57,034 nucleotides of DNA, taken from contig JAYPYW010000013.1 of NCBI GenBank assembly GCA_038154685.1, positions 1-57,034 of the forward strand. Direction: 5' to 3'. This DNA comes from Flavobacteriales bacterium. Its GTDB lineage: Bacteria; Bacteroidota; Bacteroidia; Flavobacteriales_C; GCA-002722245. Both the position numbers and the translations under genes were made by a program. Shown here one piece after another: positions 27,380 to 38,800 of this stretch. Each line of letters starts with the position of its first letter. Positions within the stretch are counted from its first letter, which is position 1. The notes beneath the pieces were generated by a model that saw only the letters and a program-made list of their open reading frames with translations, did no database searches and had not been told where the DNA came from.

Positions 27380-28416
27380 TCAGTCACGGCCGAAGTTCCT
27401 AAATCTTGCTGGTAATTATCATAAATCCATTCCCAGGCATTTCCTGCCATATTATACATCCCGTAAGGGTTTGGTATTCCAGAAATAGCAGACCTAACGT
27501 GATGATAAGCCACAGTTCCCAACCCTGAAGTATTCCAATTTGCATCTGTTACATCCTCTCCATCGTGCACCGCATACTTAAAATCTAATCCTCCTTTGGC
27601 TGCAAATTCCCATTGGGCATCGGTTGGTAGTGTATATCCATAATATTCTGCAAAAGCTTGAGCACCCCACCATCTAATAAAGGTAACCGGCCATTCAGCT
27701 ACTTCCACTTGGGCAGGCAATTTAGTGGCTCCTGATGGGTTTTCGGCAGTCCAACCTTCTAACTCATCGGAATAGTTATTTCCTGCTCCAGCCCAGTCGT
27801 CAAAATCATTTAAAATTGGTCCCGTAAGCTGTCTTTCAACTGTTCCGTAATCTTGATAATTGCACATATCATACCAATTGAAATCGTTTAAATCATGTGG
27901 ATTCTTTACATAAAACTGATTCGTAGTTTCATTAAAATCAATGTAAGAAGTGTTAATCGGGTTTTCTGGTTCAATATCACCTGTCCACTCTTTTTCATCC
28001 CCATCAGCGTCATCATGATCCTTCATAACCCTTGTTCCGTCTAATGAATAAAGAACTTTAGCGTTGTATGATGAAATTGCTGTTCCTTGTATCAATCTTT
28101 TTCCTGAATCTGGTCCCATTCCACCGATCACAATTTCAATCAATCCATCGGAAAATGCTGAATTAAGAAATTCCACGTATTGGGCATTTGTAATTTCCGC
28201 TTCACTTAATGAATAAGGACTCAATGTAATTTCATGTTCGGTTGCTGCACCTTGCTGCTCTTCATTACCTGCTATTAGGGCGCTTCCCATTGTAAAAATG
28301 CCTCCAGGCAAGTTTTTCATTACAATACCTTCTGGTAATTCTTGCGCATTAAGCGCCAATGAACCAATAGCAGCCATAAGAGTCAACTGCTTTTTTAAAG
28401 GAGTAAAAATTTTCAT
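27367..28416 (-). CDS. formylglycine-generating-enzyme (SUMF1/FGE)-fold protein, apparently truncated at the C-terminus
   Basis: MKIFTPLKKQLTLMAAIGSLALNAQ signal. Motifs TNAQYVEFLN and PNPYGMYNMAGNAWEWIYDNY are present, but the ORF stops before the usual RGGSW-type end of the fold. I prefer the ATG at 28414-28416. Confidence 0.7.
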   Translation of the reverse strand: MKIFTPLKKQLTLMAAIGSLALNAQELPEGIVMKNLPGGIFTMGSALIAGNEEQQGAATEHEITLSPYSLSEAEITNAQYVEFLNSAFSDGLIEIVIGGMGPDSGKRLIQGTAISSYNAKVLYSLDGTRVMKDHDDADGDEKEWTGDIEPENPINTSYIDFNETTNQFYVKNPHDLNDFNWYDMCNYQDYGTVERQLTGPILNDFDDWAGAGNNYSDELEGWTAENPSGATKLPAQVEVAEWPVTFIRWWGAQAFAEYYGYTLPTDAQWEFAAKGGLDFKYAVHDGEDVTDANWNTSGLGTVAYHHVRSAISGIPNPYGMYNMAGNAWEWIYDNYQQDLGTSAVTDPLF

Positions 28417-28535
28417 AATTAATAAGTTAAATTTTAAGGCTACGTGTGAATATGGAAGACATATGAATCCCATCAAACACACTTTATCGAGTATATAGAC
28501 AAACTAATTAAGAAAAGGTTTAATGAGAGTTGAAA

Positions 28536-29849
28536 TTAATCTAAAAGCGCGTCTAACTCCTTTTTCTGACGATACACTTCCTTAATTTGATCAAGGGCAT
28601 CTAAATACTCTGCCCTCTTAGGGAATCCTGGATCATTTGGACTAGAATATCCTTGCGACTCAGCTTCGTCTCTTAAAGCTCTTACTTTGGCTCTTAATTC
28701 ACGGTCTTTTTGCTCAACTTCTGCTAACCTTTGTTGTAATGTTTTCTCAGGTTCTTTAGTGTCAACCTCTTTAGTCTTATCCTCTGATTGATCATCATAA
28801 TGGTTCATTCCACCATCATCTGTTTTATCTGGCTCAACACCTAAGTCTTTTTCCTCTTGTTCAAGATCTTTAAGTTGTTGCTCTAATCGCTCTAACTTGG
28901 ACATTCTTTTCTTTCTTTTCTTAGCCGTATGCGGACGCTTTTGTTTGATTTCACCAAAAATGGCCTTAATCATTAATTCATGAGAACCATTACTATATGG
29001 TGCTAAACCACCTGTTGTAATATCGTAAGCGTATCCAAAAGTGAATTTACCGTTGGTGGTCATGTATCCTGCCATTACAGAAAAAGCATCCTGTGTACGA
29101 GCCATTAAACCTAAATAGTAGTTGTCCTGATAAATTCCTTTAACCACAAAATCAAACTGTGGGTTCACAGGATAAGAATATCTCATCATCATAGATGGCT
29201 CCACACTGTAGTCGTTATCAAACCTAAATAAATAACCTCCATTTAAATAGAAGTGAGAAGTTAACCTACTTAACGTTTGGGTTCCATCATCTGAGAAATC
29301 GATCCTTGCTTGAATAAATTGAGGTACTGATAATCCTAGATAAAAATCATCGTTAAACCAATAAGCCCCAAAACCAAAATCGGGTAGTGTTTTAGATAAT
29401 AATGAGTTGGCTAAAGTAATATCTCCCTGATCGGCCAATGTAATTTTAGATCCATCTACACGGTACTGCATTAAACCACCACTAAGTCCCAATGATAATT
29501 TAGTTGTTGAGGTAGCTTGTAAGTGGTAAGCATAAGAAAAGTACATTCCAGTTTTGGATGTTGGACCAGTAACATCCGTGTATAATGAACCTCCTAAACC
29601 AAAGCTTTTGTATTTATGCGGCCCATGAACAGACATAATATATGTTCTTGGCGCATCCGTAACACCTTGCCATTGGTACCTATAATTTGCAGTTGCAGAG
29701 AAGTTATCTTCGGTTCCTGTAACAGCTGGATTAAATACGTACTTATTAAAAATATACTGAGTAAATATAGGCAACTGCTGCGCCTGAGAAACATAGGCTC
29801 CCAGCACTAAAACAATTATCAATTTTATATTTTTCAACTTACTCAACAC
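28536..29849 (-). CDS. PorP/SprF family T9SS outer-membrane protein with a 138-aa charged coiled-coil C-terminal extension
   Basis: QQLPIFTQYIFNKYVFNPAVTG...ANYRYQWQGV...GSHELMIKAIFG is the family pattern. The start is GTG, 28 nt downstream of the giant gene's stop. Confidence 0.9.
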   Translation of the reverse strand: MLSKLKNIKLIIVLVLGAYVSQAQQLPIFTQYIFNKYVFNPAVTGTEDNFSATANYRYQWQGVTDAPRTYIMSVHGPHKYKSFGLGGSLYTDVTGPTSKTGMYFSYAYHLQATSTTKLSLGLSGGLMQYRVDGSKITLADQGDITLANSLLSKTLPDFGFGAYWFNDDFYLGLSVPQFIQARIDFSDDGTQTLSRLTSHFYLNGGYLFRFDNDYSVEPSMMMRYSYPVNPQFDFVVKGIYQDNYYLGLMARTQDAFSVMAGYMTTNGKFTFGYAYDITTGGLAPYSNGSHELMIKAIFGEIKQKRPHTAKKRKKRMSKLERLEQQLKDLEQEEKDLGVEPDKTDDGGMNHYDDQSEDKTKEVDTKEPEKTLQQRLAEVEQKDRELRAKVRALRDEAESQGYSSPNDPGFPKRAEYLDALDQIKEVYRQKKELDALLD

Positions 29850-29877
29850 GTGTAATACTCGTTTTTACCAATTTAGG

Positions 29878-32800
29878 TTATCTCATTAATGTTATTGGTC
29901 CAGTATACTTCTCTTGATCTGGTCCTAAATCAATTACATAATAATAAGTTCCAACAGGTAATTTCTTTCCATTCATAGTACCATCCCATTCATCCTGGTA
30001 ACCAACACTTTCAAATACTTTCTGACCCCATCTGTTAAAGATTTGAACTACTGCATCTGGAAATTCCTGAATTAATTGAATTACCCAAGTTTCGTTCAAT
30101 CCATCACCATTCGGAGTAATACCATCTGGGAATATAATTGTTGTTGCTACATTAATTGAGATCATTGCTGTATCCGCACATCCATTCACATCTGTACCGG
30201 TTACAATATATGTTGTACCCTGAATTCCTGAAACAATTGGATTTGCAATTGTTGGATCATTTAATCCAAATGGAGGTTCCCAATCGTACGTTCCACCTGC
30301 TCCTGCTCCACTTGCAATTAATTGAGCCGAACCACCAGTTAAGATTAATTCATCATCCGTGAAAATTGAGATATCAGGTCTATCATTTACGTTTACTACA
30401 ACTGTATCAAAATCAGTACAACCACTATCAAATACAGTTAAGATGTACTGAGTTGTAGATGTTGGACCAACTGTATGTGTTGCAGAGGTACCTCCATCGT
30501 TCCAAGAGTAAATAGATCCCCCTGTTGCATTAAATGTAATACTGTCGGCATCACAAATTGTTGTATCATTTCCTGCAAAAGCATTAATAGTAACTATTGC
30601 TCCTACGGTAGCTGAGTCTATCGCTGAACAACCGTTAGCATCAAGAATTGTAACATTGTAGCTACCAACTGCTAATCCAGAAGGATCTTCATCCGTTGAA
30701 CTAAATCCATCGTCGTTTGTCCAAGTATATGTATACCCTGGAGTTCCTCCTGAAGAAGTTATATCGAACGAACCATCTGTTGTGTTTGAACAACTTGCAT
30801 CACTAACAGAAATGGCCGCAGTAATCTCATCTGGCTGTGTTAAGTATGCATAAGAGCTATCTAAACATCCTCTACTATCTGTAACAACAACTTTATATGT
30901 TTCGGCACATAAACCAGTTGCCGTAATTGCTGTTTGATCAGCTGGATCATTCCACTGGTAAGTGTACGGACCAGTTCCTCCAGAAGGTGAAACAGTTGCA
31001 AATCCATCACAAACTTCATAACAATCTAAGTTGCTACTATCCACAATTGATGAAGTTAATACCGAAGGTTCAATTACTAATCCAGCCGCTGAAGAAGGAC
31101 ATAAATTAAAGTCGGTTACAGTAAGGTTATAATTCCCAGCACAAAGCCCTTCGATAGAATCACCAGATGTTCCTGTTTCAACCCAGTTAAATACATAAGG
31201 CTCAGCACCACCTGTTACGTCAGCAACAACCTTTCCATCACATAAGCCATTACAACTAATGTTGGTTACAATTAAGTTTGCTCTTAGGGCATTATCATCA
31301 TTAATAATAACTTGAGCAGTATCTAAACATCCATTAAAATCTGTTACCTCAACATGGAAAGTATCAGCTGTTAAACCAGTTACAACAGAACCAGTAGCTC
31401 CTCCAGCATCATACCAATTATAAGTATACGGACCAGTTCCTCCCACTTCACCAACAGTAGCAGCTCCAGATGGAACAGTGCTACACTCTAAGTGAGTTGT
31501 ATCCGTAATAATTGCGAACAATGTATCAGGAGATGATATTGCAAATTCTACACTATCAACACAAGAACTATCGTCTGTAGCGTAAACAACATACTCTCCA
31601 GGGCATAAAGCTGTTCTTGATAAACTAGCATCACCATCCTCCCAAGTAATTGATAAAGTACCTCTACCACCCGTTGCTGAAACGTCTGCCGTTGCATCAC
31701 ATCTATCAGAACATGAAGCTGGAGTTGATGCATCTAATAAAACAGTAATTCTAGGTGGAGCAGATAACACAACTGTATCCTCTGCAGTACATCCCGCAGC
31801 ATCCTCAGCTCTTACAAAGTAATCGTTTGCACATAAACCTACTACTGTATCATTTATCTGAACTACAGGGGCATTATACCAAGTGTAAGTATATGGTGCT
31901 GTTCCCCCAGTTGCATTTGCAACTGCCATTCCATCACATAATCCAAAACAACTTACATCAGTACTGTCGATAATATCAACAACCATTAAACTAGGATCAA
32001 CCACTCTGAAACTATCTACAACGAAACATCCTCCGGCGTCAAAAACAGTATCAACATAAACTCCAGGACAAAGCGCCGATTGCGCATCGCTAGTAGATCC
32101 ATTATCCCATGAGTGAGTATATGGAAGGGTTCCTCCCGTTGGCGTTGATAATACAGTACCATCACAATCACCACTACAACTAGCAGCAGTTCCAGTAATG
32201 GTAACATTAAAGTCATTTAAGTCTTCAATTTCAACCGAATCTACAAAAGCACATCCAGCTCCATCAGTTACAGTATATGTTTGGAAACCTGAACATAAAC
32301 CAGTTGCTGCTGGTGAAGTTTGTCCGTCCTCCCATAAGTAGCTATATCCAGAACCAATTGTTCCTCCTGATACAGTTAAAGTAGCTTCTCCGATGCAGAA
32401 CCCTGTACATAATACAGGAACAATTCCAGAAGTTGATACAGTTATTGCAGTTGGTTGTTCAATAGTTACAGATGCTGTTTCAGAACATCCGTTTGCGTCC
32501 ACTACAGTAATTGTGTATGTTCCAGCAACTAATCCTGTAACTGTATCATTTGTTGTAACTGCTGCATCATTCCATGTAATAATATAAGGTAAAGTTCCTC
32601 CACTAATATTGGCAGCTGCCCATCCATCTGATCCTAAATTACAAGTAACATCGGTGCTATCAACAATAGTAACCTCTAATAAAGTAGGCTCTATGATATT
32701 AACATTAGCAAACGCTAAACATCCATTATCATCTGTTACTTGAGCATTAACTATACCTCCACATAAACCAGTAACAACAGTATCTGCCGTGAATAAAGGA

Positions 32801-35800
32801 TCATTCCAGATAACATCGTATGGCTTAACTCCACCCGAAGGTGTAATTGCAGCATTTCCATCACAAGCACCGAAACAAGAAATGTTTACTACCGAATCAA
32901 TTGCAACTGTTAATCCTCCTGGACCAGTAACAGTAGCAACACTTGTATCTGTACATCCATTTGCATCAGTTACGTTTACAATGTACTCTCCTGCACAAAT
33001 ATTAACAGCTGTAACAGTTGTTTGAGCAGCCCAATCATTCCATAAGTAATCATACGGACCGGTTCCTCCAATAACTCCTGCAGTTGCGCTACCAGTACAT
33101 GGTGACGCACATCCGGTTGCATTTGTATCAGCTATAGAAGCCACTAATACATCTGGCTCTGTTATTGTTACAATTGCAGTAGCGATACATCCAGCATCAT
33201 CAGTTACTGTAACATTAAATGTTCCAGCAGGTAAATTGGCAACTGTATCGTTAGCAGTTGTAGCAATATCATCCCATAAGTAAGTATAAGGTGCTGTTCC
33301 AGCAACACCATTTGCTACAGCCATACCATCACTTAATCCGTTACAAGAAACCATTGTAGTATCAAATACCCCAGCAGTTAATCCTCCTGGTCCAGTAATT
33401 ACAACTTGCGATGTATCAACACAACCATTAGCATCAGTAACCTCAACATTATAAATTGCTGCACAAAGAGCAGTTGCAGAACTATCTGTTATACTTCCTG
33501 GAGCGTCAAACCAATCATAAGAATATGGTAAAACTCCTCCTGTAGGTGTAACCGCTGCTGTTCCATCACAAACCGTACAACTTGTTGTTGTTGAACTAGT
33601 AATTGCTGTTGAGAACACAGTAGGCTCGGTAATTGTTACTGTTGAAGTATCGCTACATCCATTTGCATCAATTACTGCTACACGGTAAGTTCCAGCTGGT
33701 AAGTTAGTTGCTACCGAATCTGAAGGTGTACCTGGCGCATCGAACCAATCGTAAGTGTATGGCATTGTTCCTCCTGTTGGAGTTACCGTTGCAGATCCAG
33801 TTAAGGTACCTCCACATAAAATATGAGCAGTATCAGTGATGCTTGAGGCTAGAACAGTAGGCTCAGTAATAGTTAATGAAGTATCATCTACACATCCTAA
33901 AGTATCCGTTACTGTCACTGTGTATAATCCTGGACCTTTTCCAGCAATCATTTGTGTTAACTCACCTGAAGACCATGAGTAATCAAACGGTGCTGTTCCT
34001 CCTGTTGGTAAGGCAGTTAATGATGCATCGCTTTCACCAAAACAACTTACATGACTAAACGGACTAATAAACGCGATCAGCTCAGCTGGCTCCGCAATTG
34101 TAACAGTATCCGTTACAAAACAACCGTTGTCATCTAATACTTCAACAATGTAATCTCCAGCACATAATGAATCAACATAAGCAGAATCATCCAACGCAGG
34201 ATCTAACCAATCGAAATAATATGGTGGAGTACCTCCAGCTAATACAGCTCTTGCGGATCCATCACAAGCTCCATTACAATTAACCATTGTATCTAATAAG
34301 CTTAATTCAATTGAATCAGGCGCTGTAATAGTTACACTTTGAATCTGAGTACATCCAACTAAATCGGTAATAGTAACTGTATAAGTTCCGGCACATAATC
34401 CATTAACCAAGGAGTCATTCGTTAATGCAGGATCATCCCATTGGAAATCGTATGGTTGAACTCCATTTTCAGCTCTTGCTAAAGCAGATCCGTTACATAA
34501 TCCGAAACATCCATTCATGATCGAATCAACAATATCTGTTACAAATCCTGAAGTATCTCTAATCGTTACGTAAGATGTATCGGTACATCCATTAAAATCG
34601 GTTACTTCAACCCAATACGAACCAGCACATAAAGCACTTGCAGTTGAATCTGTTGATGCATTACTCCATAAGTATGAATATGGTGCAGTTCCTCCTGTTG
34701 GGGTAACAGAAGCTACTCCTGTACAGAAACATGCAACATGAGACGTATCCGTAATGCTTGATGCTAATGGAAGCGGTTGAGTGATGGCTACACTATCTGT
34801 ATCCTTACATCCATTAAAATCGGTTACAATTGCAGTATAAGTTCCAATATCTAATCCAGTTACTGTATCAGTTGTAGCAGATGAAGGATCATTCCATTCG
34901 TAAGTAAAAGGTGTTGTTCCTCCGGTTGGTTCCGACCAAACTGTCCCGTCCATTGATCCAAAACAGCTGATATTTGCGCTATCTAACATTGCCTGTAACA
35001 ATGCTGGCTCGGTAACTGCAACAGTTACTGTATCCATACATCCATTAGCATCTGTGATTGTATCTGTGTAGAACCCTACTCCAATATTGTAAACTGTATC
35101 ACCTACACTTGTTGTATCCCAAGAATGGAAATATGGACCTGTTCCACCTGTTACATCAACCCATGCAACTCCGTTTGTATCACCAAAACATAGCGGACTA
35201 GTAAACATAGGTGTACCGATTAATGAATCTGGCTGATTAATAGTAACGCTTGCGAAACGAATACAACCAACACTATCAGTTACAGTAACATTTACTACTC
35301 CGGCACATAATCCTGTAACTGTTGAATCAGTTGTTGCAGCAGGATCTGTCCATGCATAAGTAAATGGTGCCGATCCTAAAATTGGTGTAACAATCGCACC
35401 ACCATTACAAATACTGTTACAAGTAACATGTGTTGTATCAGTAATTGAAATTGAGAATACTGATGTATCTCTTATAGTTACATAAGCAGTATCAGTACAT
35501 CCATTTAAATCGGTTGTTTCAACGAAATATGATCCAGTACATAAGCTGTCAGCAATCGAATCCGTTGTTACATTTAAATCATTCCATAAATAAGTATACG
35601 GATAAACCCCACCTGTAACACCAACTATTGCTTCAGCATTACAAATACAGTTTGCGTGAATAGTATCAACAATACTCGTGATCAATTCTGCTGGTTCAGT
35701 TATTCTAATTCCATTAGTATCCTTACAACCATTTGCATCTGTAATGATCATTCTGATGGTGTCTGCGACCATGTTAATAGTATCACCAGTTGCAAATATT

Positions 35801-38800
35801 GGATCACCCCACTCATATGAATACGGTCCAGTACCACCTGTTCCTGCTCCGTGAACAAAACCTGTGCTATCTCCAAAACAAACAACATTTTGAATTAAAG
35901 TAGGTTGAGCTTCTAAAGAATCTGGCTGAGTAATTTCAACACTAATTGTATCTAAACATCCTAAAGCATCCGAGATCGTATCTGTGTAAATTCCATCACA
36001 TAATCCAATAATACTTGGACTGCTTGATCCATTCGACCAAGTATGCGTATATGGCGCTCCATTACCTCCTCCTGGAGTAATAGTTATTATTCCATCACAT
36101 ACTTCATAACAAGAAGCAGCAGTTGAATCTTTTACATGCGACCATGCAGCTGGTTGTTCAATAACAACATCTATTGTATCCGAACATCCATTAAAATCGG
36201 TAATAGCAGCTCTATATGTACCAGGCGTTAAACCTACAGCAGTATCATTAGTTTGATTTAATGGGTCATTCCACCAATAAGTATACGGCGCTGTTCCACC
36301 TGCTCCTGCAATTACTGCCCATCCGTCAGACCCTAAATAACAAGTTGTTTGATTAGTATCAACAATACTTGCAGTAACAGTAACTGGTTGAGTTACTATA
36401 ACCTCTGCCGTATCTCTACATCCATTGCTGTCAACTACAGCAACACTAAAGGTATCAGCACATAAGTTATAAATAGAGTCGTTATCAATGTTTCCGTTTT
36501 CATACCAATCGTAAGTATACGGACTAGTTCCTCCTGCAATAGATATTATTGCAATACCATTACAAATTCCAGAACAAGTAGATTCCACAGAATCGGAAGT
36601 CATTACAATCGGAGCTGGTGATGAAATTACAATTTCACCAGTATCAATACATCCATTTGCATCCGTTACTTCAACATGGTAAGTTCCAGGAGAAATTCCT
36701 GAAGCTACCGAATCCGTGTCTCCACCAGGTACATCATACCAGTCATAAGTATAAATTGGAGTACCACCAGTTGGTGTAACAATAGCCTGACCATTTGAAC
36801 TATAGCTACAGGCAACATGTGTTGTATCTGAGAATAAAGCATATAAGCTATCTGGTTCTGTAATAACAAATGTGAATGTGTCCACACACCCAATTCCATC
36901 AGTAATCGTATCTACATAAGTTCCAGGGCATAATGCAGTTAAGAAGGTGTCTACAGATGCTGTATTCCAGCTATGTGTATAACCAGCACCTCTTGTTCCT
37001 CCTGAAACAGCAATTCGAATAAATCCGTCACAAGCATCTTTACAAGAAATATTTACTAAACTATCATTTGGTAAAATTGAATCAGGTGCATTAACCGTAA
37101 TAGAAACCGTATCAGAACATCCATTTAAATCGGTAACTGCCGCTCGGTATACTCCACCATATAAAGCTGTTGCTGTATCGTTAGTTTGATTTAATGGATC
37201 ATCCCACCAGAAACTATATGGAGCAGTTCCACCAACTCCTGTAATTGCTGCCCAACCTTCATTGGTATTATGACAATTTGCAGCACTTGAATCAACTGGT
37301 GTAGCTGTGATTGTTACTGGCTCAGTTACCTCTACTTCTAAAGTATCGATACAACCGTTATTATCCGTTACTTCAACATTATATAATCCAGCGCAAACTA
37401 GATTTAAAGTATCATTATTTACGCCTCCAGCGTCATACCAATCATAAGAATACGGTGCTGTTGCACCTGATGGAATAACTATAGCGGCACCAGTACAAAT
37501 TCCAGTACAAGTAGCCTGAATTGAATCTGAGCCTAAAACTAAAACTGTTGGTTGAGTAATCGTTACACTTCCTGTATCTACACATCCGTTTGCATCAGTC
37601 ACTTCAACCTGCCAAGTTCCAGCTGGTAACCCTGTAACTGTAGAATCTGTGCTTACGGTTGGTGCATCAAACCAATTATATGTATATGGAGCATTCCCTC
37701 CTATTGGCGTTGAAATTGCAACACCATTTGAATCTCCAAAACAAACTAAGTGGGTAGTGTCTGAAATTATTGCTCTTAATGTATCTGGCTCTGTTACCTC
37801 AACATCGAATGTATCAATACATCCTAAGAAATCCGTTACTTCAACATTGTAAACTCCAGCGATTAAACCAGTAGCTGTATCTGTAGTTTGATTTCCTGCA
37901 TCATACCAATCTAATGTTAAAGGAGCAATACCCCCTGTAGCATCAATAATTGCTTGACCGTCAGCAGAACCAACACAAAGTGTTAGCACCGAATCCATAT
38001 TACCAACCAATTGAGGAGAAGTAGAAGTGATAGAAACCTCTGAAGTATCTACACAACCATTATTATCTCTAACCTCAACGTTATATGTTCCAAAACAAAG
38101 GTTATTAGCAGTGCTATCTGTTTCTAAACCTGGAGCGTTAAACCAGCTGTAAGTGTATGGTAGAGATCCACCTGCAGGAGTAACTATAGCTTGTCCATCA
38201 CAATCATTATAACAAGTTAAATGAGTGGTATCAGTTATAGAAGAAGTAACTACAACTGGTGCCGTAACTGTTACTTCAGAAGTATCTAAACAACCATTAA
38301 AATCAGTTATTTCAACTTGGTAAGTACCAGTACAAAGTGAGCTTATTGTATCAGTAGTTTGATTTCCAGCATTCAACCAATCAACAGTGTAAGGAGAAGT
38401 TCCTCCTGAGTAATCAACCCAAGCTCTTCCGTCACAAACACCAAAACAAGAAGCCTCTGCCGAATCCGCGTCAGAAATTAAAAGTGTTGGCTCCCTTATT
38501 TCAACCTCAACAGTATCCAAACAACCCAATGCATCCGTTACTTCACAATTGTAAGTTCCCGCACACAAATCTTCAGCGAATCTAATAGTTGGTGTACCAG
38601 GAACATTATACCAATCATAAGTATAAGGCTCAGTTCCTCCAGATCTTAAAATAAATGCATAACCATCACAATCTCCAAAACAAGCATTATGAATAGTATC
38701 TGCAGCAATTGATGTTACTAATAATGCTGGAGGTGAAACAATCACTTCAAGCGTATCAACACAACCATTTGCATCAGTTACTTCACAATGGTATGTACCA

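Noticed and set aside
27306-27488. The plus-strand 60-aa ORF spanning the FGE gene end and the CTD remnant.
   Set aside because: It is antisense to sequence with clear minus-strand coding signal, and its translation has no features.
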